Below, piece after piece: positions 49,225 through 58,599 of a stretch of DNA of 64,000 nucleotides. Under the pieces are notes generated by a model. The model worked only from the letters and a program-made list of their open reading frames with translations, searched no databases and was not told where the DNA came from. How positions within the stretch are numbered: position 1 is the stretch's first letter; each line of letters opens with the position of its first letter. The stretch is from an uncultured Verrucomicrobiae bacterium (lineage in GTDB: Bacteria > Verrucomicrobiota > Verrucomicrobiia > Limisphaerales > Palsa-1400): contig CAVXRD010000003.1 in NCBI GenBank assembly GCA_963764165.1, forward strand, positions 416,001-480,000, written 5' to 3'. Position numbers and translations under genes: made by a program.

Positions 49225-52200
49225 ATGCGCTTTAAGTCGAGAACATGGTTACTGATCAGCCTGTTTTTTTTCACCGCGTCGTACTTGGTCTGGACTTACG
49301 CTGAGAAGGTCAGCGCAGCCCGCCGCGAGGCTGCCGCCGCCGCTTCCGCGCAAAAGCCGCCGACCGCCAAGCCTGCCGCGCCGCTGACCAAAGCCGCCGT
49401 GCCGCCCGCCCCCGCCAAGCCAAAATCTTACCGCCTGAGCAACACCCGCGCTACCGAGAAGCAATTAATGCTGAGCGACCACGCGATTCTGCTGCGCAAC
49501 GCCCTCATTGACACGGATCGCCCGCTGAAATTGAACATTCCCGATCACCTGAAGGCAAAGGGCGCCCCGGGCAGCTACATCGTGCAGTCTGACCGCGCCC
49601 TTGATCAACGATTCCGTGATCGCCTGGCCGCTGATGGGGTGAAATATGTTTCCTATATTCCCAACAATGCGGCGCTCGTCGAAGCCACACCTGAGCAGGC
49701 CAAACAGATGGCCAGCGACATCGAATTCCAAGCGGTGATTCCGTATGAGCCCTACTACAAATTGGCCAGTTCGTTGCTGCCTTCGGCGGTAAACCAGGAT
49801 CAAAACACATCGCTTGCCATCAACGTGACGGCGGTACCCGGCCAGACTGAGGCTGCCGTCGCCGCCTTAAAGAACTTGGGAGGTCAAATCATGGGTGAAG
49901 ACAAAGGGCCGTTCGGGACGACCATTTCCGCCATGATGCCAGCGCAAACGCTGGTGGCCGTGGCCCAGATGCCGCTGGCCCAGGAAATCGAACCGTACGC
50001 CCCGCGCCGCTTGCTCAATGATTTGACCCGCGTCACAATGGGCATTTCCTCCAACACGGCCTATACCTCGCCGAATTATCTGAATCTAAGCGGATCAAAC
50101 GTGACAGTGAACATGAACGACACGGGCGTTGATTCAACGCATCCAGATTTGATGGGCCGCGTTTTCGGAATGACCAATGACAACGCGTCCGGCCACGGCA
50201 CGCATGTCGCGGGTGTCATTATGGGCAGCGGCAAGGAGTCCAGCACGGTCACTGTTGTGGTGCCTGGGGAAACCAGCACGGGTGTGGGATTTCAAGGCAA
50301 GGCGACAAATGCCATGCTGTTTGTGCAAAAGCTTCCTTTGGCGGTCAGCACCACCCTGGACGATGCCTTCCGCGACGGCGGTTCGTTCTTTGATGACGCG
50401 ACACTGGCCAGAAATGCCTCAGCGAACCTCGGTGCGACCAATCTTATTTCCAACAATAGCTGGGGCTACGAAAACATTAATTATTACGACATGCACGCGG
50501 CCAGCTTCGATCAATACACGCGCGACGCCCAGCCCGGCCTGCCTGGCGAGCAGCCGCTGCTTTTCGTCTTTGCGGCAGGCGGCCAGGGCAGCGGCAATAC
50601 CGACGGCACTGGCGGCTCGCCAGGTTCGATTCTTTCGCCCGGAACGGCGAAAAACGTCATCACGGTCGGCGCCATGGACTCGGCCCGATTCATCACAAAC
50701 CAAGTCGCGGTCGATGACACGACGAACGACGTGTTTTACAGTTGGACGGATGCCGATAATTTAATCGCCTGGTTTTCCGGTTGCGGCAATGTCGGAGAAG
50801 GCATCGAAGGGATGTACGGCCGCTTCAAGCCGGACGTGGTTGCGCCGGGGATGTTCATTATTTCCTGCCGCGCGAGCACCTACATCGATCCCACCAACGA
50901 AACGTACGTTTCCAGTTATTATTTCCCAAACCAGTTCAATCTTTCGGACACGGCGGATTACTTTACGATCCCCCAGCTTCCCACGGATACCGAGGAGCTC
51001 ATTATTTCCGTGACCTCCAACGCGAATTCAACGGCGGCGATCACGAATTTGGCAATACTGGGGAACACGTACGACCCGCCGACGACGATCATTGGCACCA
51101 ACAACTATTTGGTGCTCACGACAAATTTGACAGACGGCCAGCAATGGTATTTCGGAATCACGAATGCTTACAAGGACCCGATTGCCTTCGATGTCACGTT
51201 CTACATCGTGGAGACAAACACCCTGGGAGAGCCTCCAAGCAATCCGTTGGAATATTTCAACGTCATCAGCAACATGAATCACCAGACGCTGGGCTCGAAT
51301 TACGTTTATCAATATGGCACCAGCCAGGCGGCGGGGGCGGTATCGGGCGTGCTGGCATTGATGCAGGACTTTCTGGAAAACCGAATGAAGCTGACCAATT
51401 ACAGCCCTGCCCTGCTGAAAGCGATGCTGATCAATGGTTCCCGCAGCATCGAGCAGCAGTATGACTTCAACCCCAATGTGCTTGGGGCAAATGAACAAGG
51501 CTGGGGCATGCCCAATATCACGACCTGCGTTCCGGCCACGCTGACAAATGCCAGCGCGCAATCGATGGTGCTGATTGATCAATCGGCCAGCAACTCCCTC
51601 GCCACCGGCCAATCCATTTCTTACACCGTGAATGCCGGTGATCCGAACGCGACAAACTTCCCGGTGCGTTTTTCGCTGGTTTGGACCGACCCCCCTGGTG
51701 ATCCAGCCGCCGGGATTGCGCTGGTCAATAATTTGGACTTGATCGTCACTGACAAATCCGGAACGAACATCTGGCTGGGCAACGATTTTTACAGCGGCGA
51801 TATTTACACAGAGGTCAACACCGGGGATGTGCCGGACATAATTAATAACGTCCAGAACATTTATCTCGACCCCGCCAGCACGAATTCGCAAATCCAATTC
51901 CCGCTGACGGTGACCGTCCTCGGCATGCGCGTCAATGTTAACGCGCCCACCACAGTATCAAATTTGATCGCGCAGGATTTCGCGCTGGTTATCTCCACCG
52001 ATGATCCGGTGGGAGCGCTGACCGTCACCAGCAATCCACCCACTTTCACGCCACCCGCCAACCTCTTCTCCCTGATCGGCAGGACAAACGCCGCTGGCGG
52101 ATCGCTGCTTTCGAGCAATGGGCTGGCGAATCTTTTCGCCTTCGCCCAAAGCAACTCCATTTTGGTGACTGTGGCCAATAGCGGCGTTCCCCTGCTCCAT

Positions 52201-55200
52201 CAGCGGGTCGGCGCATACGAGCCAAATCTTTACACAAACGGCCCGCTCTACACGAATACCTCAATCACCGCAACCTACGCTCCCACCGGAACCAACGGCA
52301 ACGTGGTGCAATGGCACTTCTTTGTGTTCACGAACAACGTGACCAATTACATGTCAAACGGAATCTCCTATTACACAAACAACGCCCAGTACGTTGCTTT
52401 CACCACCTTTGATCCGCCCGATCTGGCCACGGAAATTTCTCCTCGCACCAACGGGGCTGACCTCGATATGTACGTCTCAACCAATCCTGGGTTGACGAAC
52501 CTTGACCCCGCCGTGTTCGCGGAAATGACAACCAATGATCTGTCCGTCGGGCGTGGAGGAACGGAAACGGTGCTCTATTCGAACTCGTATTATGGCGAGG
52601 TGTATTATGTCGGCATAAAGTCCGAAGACCAGCAGGCGGCGGATTTCGGGTTTTACGCTGTTGCGCAAGCGCTTCCTTTCAGCTCCGTTAATCCCGATGG
52701 CAGCGTCACCGCCGTCGGCAGTCCGTTGCCCACACCCATTAACGCAAATTTAATCGGCCCGCCAGCTCTGGTGTTTGCATTTTTGTTTGATCCGCAAAAC
52801 CCTCAACTGCGGCTTCGCAACCTGACGGCGGAATTAGGCATCAGCGCGGGAAATCCCTCTGATTTTTACGGCACATTGCAGCACGATAATATCCAATCCG
52901 TGCTCAATAACTTTTCGGGGCAGACCAATGGATTTACCAACTTCTATAATGACCTTTCCGACGGCACCTCGCCCCCCGGCGGAGGAAGGTACGTCACCGC
53001 CGATGGCCCCGGTTCGTTGCGGAACTATATCACCACTGGTGGCTCAGGTGTGTGGATCCTGTCGGAAACCGACAGCACGCTTTTCCAAGAGGGCGAAATC
53101 ACGCAATTCAGTGTGACGGGCTATCCCCAGCCGCCGTTCCTGGGAAGCTTCCAAATCACCATCGCCGGAAACACCTGGTTCGACGATTACGTGCTCGTTC
53201 CCAATGACGCGACCAACATGATCATCTCCGCGTCCTACGTCGCGGGCGACGGGCCCATTGGCATTTTCATAACAAATCAGGATGACGTGAATTTCGGTGA
53301 TTACGGTTCCGGCCCCGTCGTTCCGCCCGGCGGATACTTCGAGTATGGCATCACCAATGTTCCCCCTCTTGACGGCGGCTACTGGTTTTACGGAATCTAT
53401 AATTCCAACACCGCTTCGGTGACGCTTAATATCTCGATCAGCTTCCAACTGAACCTGGTGCCGAACCTTGTGCAGAATTTCACCAACAACGCCGCCGTCC
53501 CGCTCCCGACGGATGCGACCACGAATCTCTCGACCTTCTGCCTTACGAACGTCGCCGGCGACCAGATTGTCGACCTCAGCGTCGGCCTGCGTCTGGCGGA
53601 TCCCAATTTGGACAATCTGGCCATTAGTTTGACAAGCCCGCAGGGGACGAGCATCGTCCTGTTTGAAAATCGCGGCGGCATTCTGGCGAGCAATCTTGGC
53701 CTGAGCCTCACCAACGGCCCTTCCAATTATGTTTACACCGTGTTCACCGAGGACACGAATCTTGCCACAACTCCAATCAAGTTCGGCCAACCGCCTTACG
53801 CCTACCCGGTTGTGGTCCCGCAATTGTCTCTCATCTCGAACACCTTTGATGTCTTCACAAATCTGGAGGATTTTTACACCAATCAGACGACCCGCGTGGT
53901 GACTTCCAACGCGGCCGGCATTTACACCAACGGCCAGAATGTGGCCGGCTGGTTTGTTGAGACGAACATGCTGGTCGTGGTCAGTGGCTTCTCCAATTTC
54001 GTCACTGGAACGGGGACAAACATTACGACGAACTATGTCCCGCAGCTTTACACCAATCAGTATTTCAACGAAGTGAGCATCGTTACGGATCCGAGCGTCA
54101 CCTACGACGGCACGAATATCGTGGGCACCAACGCGCCAGGCGCCAATTATATCGGCAGCAATTACCTGGCGCTGGCCTCCGGCCGCCTGTCGCAGACGTT
54201 CATCACGGTGCCCGGTGTCGCGTATGAGTTGATTTATTACGTGCGGCCGCCCGGCCTGCAAGACTGGTGGCCCGGGGACGACAACTTGATCGACCTCGTC
54301 GGGACCAATACCGGGACTGTTCCAGAAAAAGATGTGTCATTTGGCGACGGGGAAGTGTATCGAGCCTTCACCTTTAGCGGAACAACGACAAATGCGTTGC
54401 GTTATCTGGGCAATGAAGTCGATTTCGGCACCAACGTCGCAAATTTCCGCACCAACGATTTTACGGTCGATTTCTGGATTCAGCAGTCCCCCACGCAAAC
54501 AAATGAGCAGGCTTGCATGGAAAAACGCACGGAATGCAACGCTACGATCAGCTATTGGAATATTGAAATTGGCGGCGGCGCGGTCGCCGGCACCAACGTT
54601 CCGCCCGGCTGCCTGCGCAGCTATATTCCGGGAAACAATAATACCGACGTAGCCAACATCGTTTGCTCAAACGCCATTAACGACGGCATTTTCCACCACG
54701 CCGCATTGATGCGCCACGGCACAAACGTCACGTATTACATAGACGGCCGGGTCGACGCCACCGCCGTCACCACTGGCGTGGCGGACATCAATAACACAAA
54801 TACATTCCGCATCGGCCAGAGCGTCTGCGTTTCTCCGGGAATCCTGGGATCCGATGCTTGCCAGCCGTTCAACGGAAAAATCGATGAACTCGGCATCTGG
54901 AACCGCGCGCTGTCGCCGGCGGAAATACAGGCGATTTTCAACGCGGGCGCCTCGGGCAAGTACTCAACCAACACGTTGTACCCGAATTTCCAGGTGGTGT
55001 TCGACGGCATATCGACCAACGACGTCGTTCTGACAAATTTCTCCTCGCCAGCATGGCTGCGGGTGACAAACAGCTTCACCGCCGTCAGCAATCAAACCAC
55101 GATTGAACTGCTCGGCAATACGCTCGGGGTTTTGCTGGATGGCATTGAGTTGATCCAGCCCATCTATACCAACTACAACAATTATTTCCTGCCAGAAGAG

Positions 55201-58200
55201 CCCTTGGCGCCGCTGATCGGGCAGGATCCCTCGGGTTGCTGGACGCTTAGCATTTGGGACACCCGCACTGATACCATCCTTCCGACAAATGGAACGCTGC
55301 TGAGCTGGGATTTGCAGGTCACGACGTCGTCGACAAACGTCCATCTCATTGTTCTGACCAATGGCATTGCTTATACAAACGGGAGTGTGTCAGGCGATGG
55401 AGGGTTTACGTACTTTGGCATTGACGTGCCGCGAACGGCAAATTTTGCGACCAACATGCTCTTCAATTCGAGTGGCCCGATGAACTTGTGGTTCAATCAA
55501 ACCGCGCTGCCGACCGGCTCGGCGCAAGGCGATTACCTTTTAACCAACAATGCGCCGGGCGCTTCAAATGCCGTCACATTGAGCACGATCGGTGCCCCGC
55601 CCCCCTTGGTGCCCGGAAGCCGCTACTATCTAGGCGTCCAAAACGCGGGCGGTGGAACGGAAACTTTCAACATCGAGGTGCAATTTGACGTCAGCGGGAC
55701 GAGCGGAATCACGAGCCTGAATCCTGTTAACGGAAATGGGACCAATAGCATTGATCCGATCATTTCAGGCAATGCGATGCAATACTATTCGCTGACCATT
55801 CCAACCAACGTCAGCCTCGCCACCTTCCAATTGCTGAACCCGACGCCCTACTCCGGGACCAACACAAATGCGCAGGTCAATCTCTACGTGCGCGAAGGCT
55901 ATGTGCCTACCACCAATATCTTTGATTACGCCAGCGCGAATCAAGGCGCGGTGGATCAATTTGTTGCCATCACCACCAACTCAACGCCCGTGGCTCTGCC
56001 GAGCGTCAATCCTACGAATGTCGAGCCTCAATATCCCACGACGTGGTATGTGGCCGTCTACAATCCCCTCACCAACAGCGTCAATTACACCATTTTGGCA
56101 AGCTATGTCACGAATGGAAGCAGCCAGCTGGGGACGCTGGACACGATTAACCTGAATAATTATTTCACCAATTCGGGCTATACCTACTACGTCACCAACG
56201 CCTATAACAACTCGCAAGGGGCGGCTTCTGGATTCCCGACTTCACTGATCTACGCCCTGACTATTCCGAAGACGACCCTGGGCGAGGTGGAATTTGTGGT
56301 CACAAATCTGTCGGGCTACGGAAACTTGCAATTGCTCGTTGGCTATAACGAGATTCCGACGCCGGAGAACGCTTACGGCGCCAGTTACAATCTCGGCGTG
56401 TCCAATCAGAGCGTGATCATCTTTACCAACGAGGATCTCCCGACATTGCAGGGCACCTGGTACGTCGCCGTCCCGAACACCTCCCCCAGCCTGCTCAAAT
56501 ACTCGATCACTGCGATCGTCACGAATGACTTTAATCAAGTTCTGATTTGGGACGGCTTAGGCGGGCCGAATTGGAACTTCACGGAAAAGGACTGGCGGAT
56601 TGGCACGAACACTACGGACACCACTTATGGTGACACGGACACGGTGCTGTTCGATGACACGCTGAAGGGAAGCAGCACAATAACTGTAGCGACAACCGTG
56701 CAGCCGGGCAGCATGACCTTCAGCAACTCGGCGGTGACCTACACCTTCGCCGGACCAAACCCAATTGCGGGTCCCAGCGGCATGCTCATCGGCGGCGGTG
56801 GTGAAGTTATTCTTGACAACGCTTCAAACACATTCGCCGGGCAGATCAATATTTCAAACGGGACGCTCCAAATCGGAAACAACGACGCCAATGGCTCCAT
56901 CGCGGCCAATGTGAGTATTTCCGCCGGCAGCTCACTCGACTTTGACAGAGTGGATGATCTGACATACGGCGGTGTGCTTTCAGGCGGCGGCACTGTGGAT
57001 AAAGAGGGCGCCGACGTGTTAACACTGGCTGGAGACAACGTCGCCTTGGGCGGCACCGTCTTTGTCCAGGCGGGCATATTGCGGGTTGGCGCGATAAATG
57101 CCCTTGGAATCGGCGCAAACGCGTCGATCATAATCGGGTCTCAGGGCACGCTCGACTTGAACGGTTTTAGCGGTGACTACTCAGTAATCACCCAGCCCTC
57201 ACGATCCATTACCAATGGCTCAATTATCAACGACGGCGGCGCGGCGGCGATCCCGGGTTTGGGATCGATTACCATGCTCGCAAATGCCACCTTCGGCGGC
57301 ACGGCGAATTGGGATTTGGGCAATCCCGATGCGGATTCAACGAACGGATTCTCGCTGAGCACCGAAGGTGCGGCTGAGAACCTGACGAAGGTTGGCCCGA
57401 ATGCCGTCGGCATTTACAACACGTCTGTCGATCCTGCTTTGGCAAACATCGATGTCCAATCCGGCGCGCTCGTTTACGGCGGCAGGACCTCGGGTCTCGG
57501 CAACCCGGCCAATACGCTGACCGTTGAATCAGGCGCGGCGCTCGCGTTCGACGCCCCGGTCAATCCGCTCAACAAATCCATTGTCTTCCAGGACGGCTCG
57601 GTTGACGAGAATGAAGCCGGCTCCAGCGTCATTACCGGCCCTGTCTACCTCGGGACAAATGTTTCGGGCGCGCCCGGCACAATTAATTTCGACATCGCCG
57701 GGGCACTCCAGGCGATTTCCAACACCATTAGCGGACCCGGCAGCCTCGTCCTCAACGGCGGATCGCTATATCTATACTTCCCGAACACATTCACGGGCGC
57801 CACGATCCTGAATTCCGGCACGCTATATTTGACAGCGTTGGGCGGAGTGCCGGACAGCCTGGTGGTGACGATCGGCGCCGACGCCATACTCGATCTCTCC
57901 GGGCGGGCGAACGACACCTTCCGCGTCACCAGCGGCCAGATGCTGGACGGGTTTGGATTCCTGAGCGGCATTCTTATTGAAGCGTCCGGATCGACGGTCA
58001 TGCCTGGATCCTCCAACGTGGTCGGAACCCTGGTCACCTCAAGCAATATCACCCTCAACGGAACCACTTTGCTCAAGATTCAAAATGCCACCGGGCAGAA
58101 TGATCAACTTAGAACCATTCAAGGCTCCATCACCTACGGAGGAACGCTGCAAGTGACAAACATCAGCACCAACGCGTTCTACAATGGCGAGAGCTTCCAA

Positions 58201-58557
58201 TTGTTCAACGCGGCGGCCTATGCCGGGGCGTTTGCGCGCATATTGCCGCCCGCGCCGGGGCCGGGCTTGAACTGGAATACCAACGCGCTGGTGACCAGCG
58301 GTGTGCTGTCCATCGGCGGCGACTCGCCGGTATTTACGTCCGTGACGCTTTCGGGAAATACGCTGACTTTCAGCGGGACAAACGGAGTTCCGAACGGGCC
58401 CTACACCATTTACGAAACCACAAATTTGGCGCTGCCTCTGTCGTCCTGGACACCGATCGCGACGAAAAATTTCAATGCGTCAGGAGGCTTCCTCTTCACG
58501 GAGCCCTACAGCAAGTCCGTCCCGGCGGAATTCTTCACCATCCAACAGCAGCCGTAA
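49225..58557 (+). CDS. giant exported S8 subtilase with PPC-like, proprotein-convertase P, LamG and autotransporter-type beta-strand repeat domains
   Basis: GGAGGA RBS; N-terminal TM/signal; DTG (50119), HGTHVAG (50194), GTS (51322); SLVWTDPPG...LVNNLDL; LTSPQGT...GCWTLSIWD; FNGKIDELGIWNRALS; NTFTGATILNSGTL repeats. Confidence 0.9.
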   Translation: MRFKSRTWLLISLFFFTASYLVWTYAEKVSAARREAAAAASAQKPPTAKPAAPLTKAAVPPAPAKPKSYRLSNTRATEKQLMLSDHAILLRNALIDTDRPLKLNIPDHLKAKGAPGSYIVQSDRALDQRFRDRLAADGVKYVSYIPNNAALVEATPEQAKQMASDIEFQAVIPYEPYYKLASSLLPSAVNQDQNTSLAINVTAVPGQTEAAVAALKNLGGQIMGEDKGPFGTTISAMMPAQTLVAVAQMPLAQEIEPYAPRRLLNDLTRVTMGISSNTAYTSPNYLNLSGSNVTVNMNDTGVDSTHPDLMGRVFGMTNDNASGHGTHVAGVIMGSGKESSTVTVVVPGETSTGVGFQGKATNAMLFVQKLPLAVSTTLDDAFRDGGSFFDDATLARNASANLGATNLISNNSWGYENINYYDMHAASFDQYTRDAQPGLPGEQPLLFVFAAGGQGSGNTDGTGGSPGSILSPGTAKNVITVGAMDSARFITNQVAVDDTTNDVFYSWTDADNLIAWFSGCGNVGEGIEGMYGRFKPDVVAPGMFIISCRASTYIDPTNETYVSSYYFPNQFNLSDTADYFTIPQLPTDTEELIISVTSNANSTAAITNLAILGNTYDPPTTIIGTNNYLVLTTNLTDGQQWYFGITNAYKDPIAFDVTFYIVETNTLGEPPSNPLEYFNVISNMNHQTLGSNYVYQYGTSQAAGAVSGVLALMQDFLENRMKLTNYSPALLKAMLINGSRSIEQQYDFNPNVLGANEQGWGMPNITTCVPATLTNASAQSMVLIDQSASNSLATGQSISYTVNAGDPNATNFPVRFSLVWTDPPGDPAAGIALVNNLDLIVTDKSGTNIWLGNDFYSGDIYTEVNTGDVPDIINNVQNIYLDPASTNSQIQFPLTVTVLGMRVNVNAPTTVSNLIAQDFALVISTDDPVGALTVTSNPPTFTPPANLFSLIGRTNAAGGSLLSSNGLANLFAFAQSNSILVTVANSGVPLLHQRVGAYEPNLYTNGPLYTNTSITATYAPTGTNGNVVQWHFFVFTNNVTNYMSNGISYYTNNAQYVAFTTFDPPDLATEISPRTNGADLDMYVSTNPGLTNLDPAVFAEMTTNDLSVGRGGTETVLYSNSYYGEVYYVGIKSEDQQAADFGFYAVAQALPFSSVNPDGSVTAVGSPLPTPINANLIGPPALVFAFLFDPQNPQLRLRNLTAELGISAGNPSDFYGTLQHDNIQSVLNNFSGQTNGFTNFYNDLSDGTSPPGGGRYVTADGPGSLRNYITTGGSGVWILSETDSTLFQEGEITQFSVTGYPQPPFLGSFQITIAGNTWFDDYVLVPNDATNMIISASYVAGDGPIGIFITNQDDVNFGDYGSGPVVPPGGYFEYGITNVPPLDGGYWFYGIYNSNTASVTLNISISFQLNLVPNLVQNFTNNAAVPLPTDATTNLSTFCLTNVAGDQIVDLSVGLRLADPNLDNLAISLTSPQGTSIVLFENRGGILASNLGLSLTNGPSNYVYTVFTEDTNLATTPIKFGQPPYAYPVVVPQLSLISNTFDVFTNLEDFYTNQTTRVVTSNAAGIYTNGQNVAGWFVETNMLVVVSGFSNFVTGTGTNITTNYVPQLYTNQYFNEVSIVTDPSVTYDGTNIVGTNAPGANYIGSNYLALASGRLSQTFITVPGVAYELIYYVRPPGLQDWWPGDDNLIDLVGTNTGTVPEKDVSFGDGEVYRAFTFSGTTTNALRYLGNEVDFGTNVANFRTNDFTVDFWIQQSPTQTNEQACMEKRTECNATISYWNIEIGGGAVAGTNVPPGCLRSYIPGNNNTDVANIVCSNAINDGIFHHAALMRHGTNVTYYIDGRVDATAVTTGVADINNTNTFRIGQSVCVSPGILGSDACQPFNGKIDELGIWNRALSPAEIQAIFNAGASGKYSTNTLYPNFQVVFDGISTNDVVLTNFSSPAWLRVTNSFTAVSNQTTIELLGNTLGVLLDGIELIQPIYTNYNNYFLPEEPLAPLIGQDPSGCWTLSIWDTRTDTILPTNGTLLSWDLQVTTSSTNVHLIVLTNGIAYTNGSVSGDGGFTYFGIDVPRTANFATNMLFNSSGPMNLWFNQTALPTGSAQGDYLLTNNAPGASNAVTLSTIGAPPPLVPGSRYYLGVQNAGGGTETFNIEVQFDVSGTSGITSLNPVNGNGTNSIDPIISGNAMQYYSLTIPTNVSLATFQLLNPTPYSGTNTNAQVNLYVREGYVPTTNIFDYASANQGAVDQFVAITTNSTPVALPSVNPTNVEPQYPTTWYVAVYNPLTNSVNYTILASYVTNGSSQLGTLDTINLNNYFTNSGYTYYVTNAYNNSQGAASGFPTSLIYALTIPKTTLGEVEFVVTNLSGYGNLQLLVGYNEIPTPENAYGASYNLGVSNQSVIIFTNEDLPTLQGTWYVAVPNTSPSLLKYSITAIVTNDFNQVLIWDGLGGPNWNFTEKDWRIGTNTTDTTYGDTDTVLFDDTLKGSSTITVATTVQPGSMTFSNSAVTYTFAGPNPIAGPSGMLIGGGGEVILDNASNTFAGQINISNGTLQIGNNDANGSIAANVSISAGSSLDFDRVDDLTYGGVLSGGGTVDKEGADVLTLAGDNVALGGTVFVQAGILRVGAINALGIGANASIIIGSQGTLDLNGFSGDYSVITQPSRSITNGSIINDGGAAAIPGLGSITMLANATFGGTANWDLGNPDADSTNGFSLSTEGAAENLTKVGPNAVGIYNTSVDPALANIDVQSGALVYGGRTSGLGNPANTLTVESGAALAFDAPVNPLNKSIVFQDGSVDENEAGSSVITGPVYLGTNVSGAPGTINFDIAGALQAISNTISGPGSLVLNGGSLYLYFPNTFTGATILNSGTLYLTALGGVPDSLVVTIGADAILDLSGRANDTFRVTSGQMLDGFGFLSGILIEASGSTVMPGSSNVVGTLVTSSNITLNGTTLLKIQNATGQNDQLRTIQGSITYGGTLQVTNISTNAFYNGESFQLFNAAAYAGAFARILPPAPGPGLNWNTNALVTSGVLSIGGDSPVFTSVTLSGNTLTFSGTNGVPNGPYTIYETTNLALPLSSWTPIATKNFNASGGFLFTEPYSKSVPAEFFTIQQQP

Positions 58558-58599
58558 TCATTTGCCAAAGCGCCCGGCGGTTCATAGTATCGCCCCACT

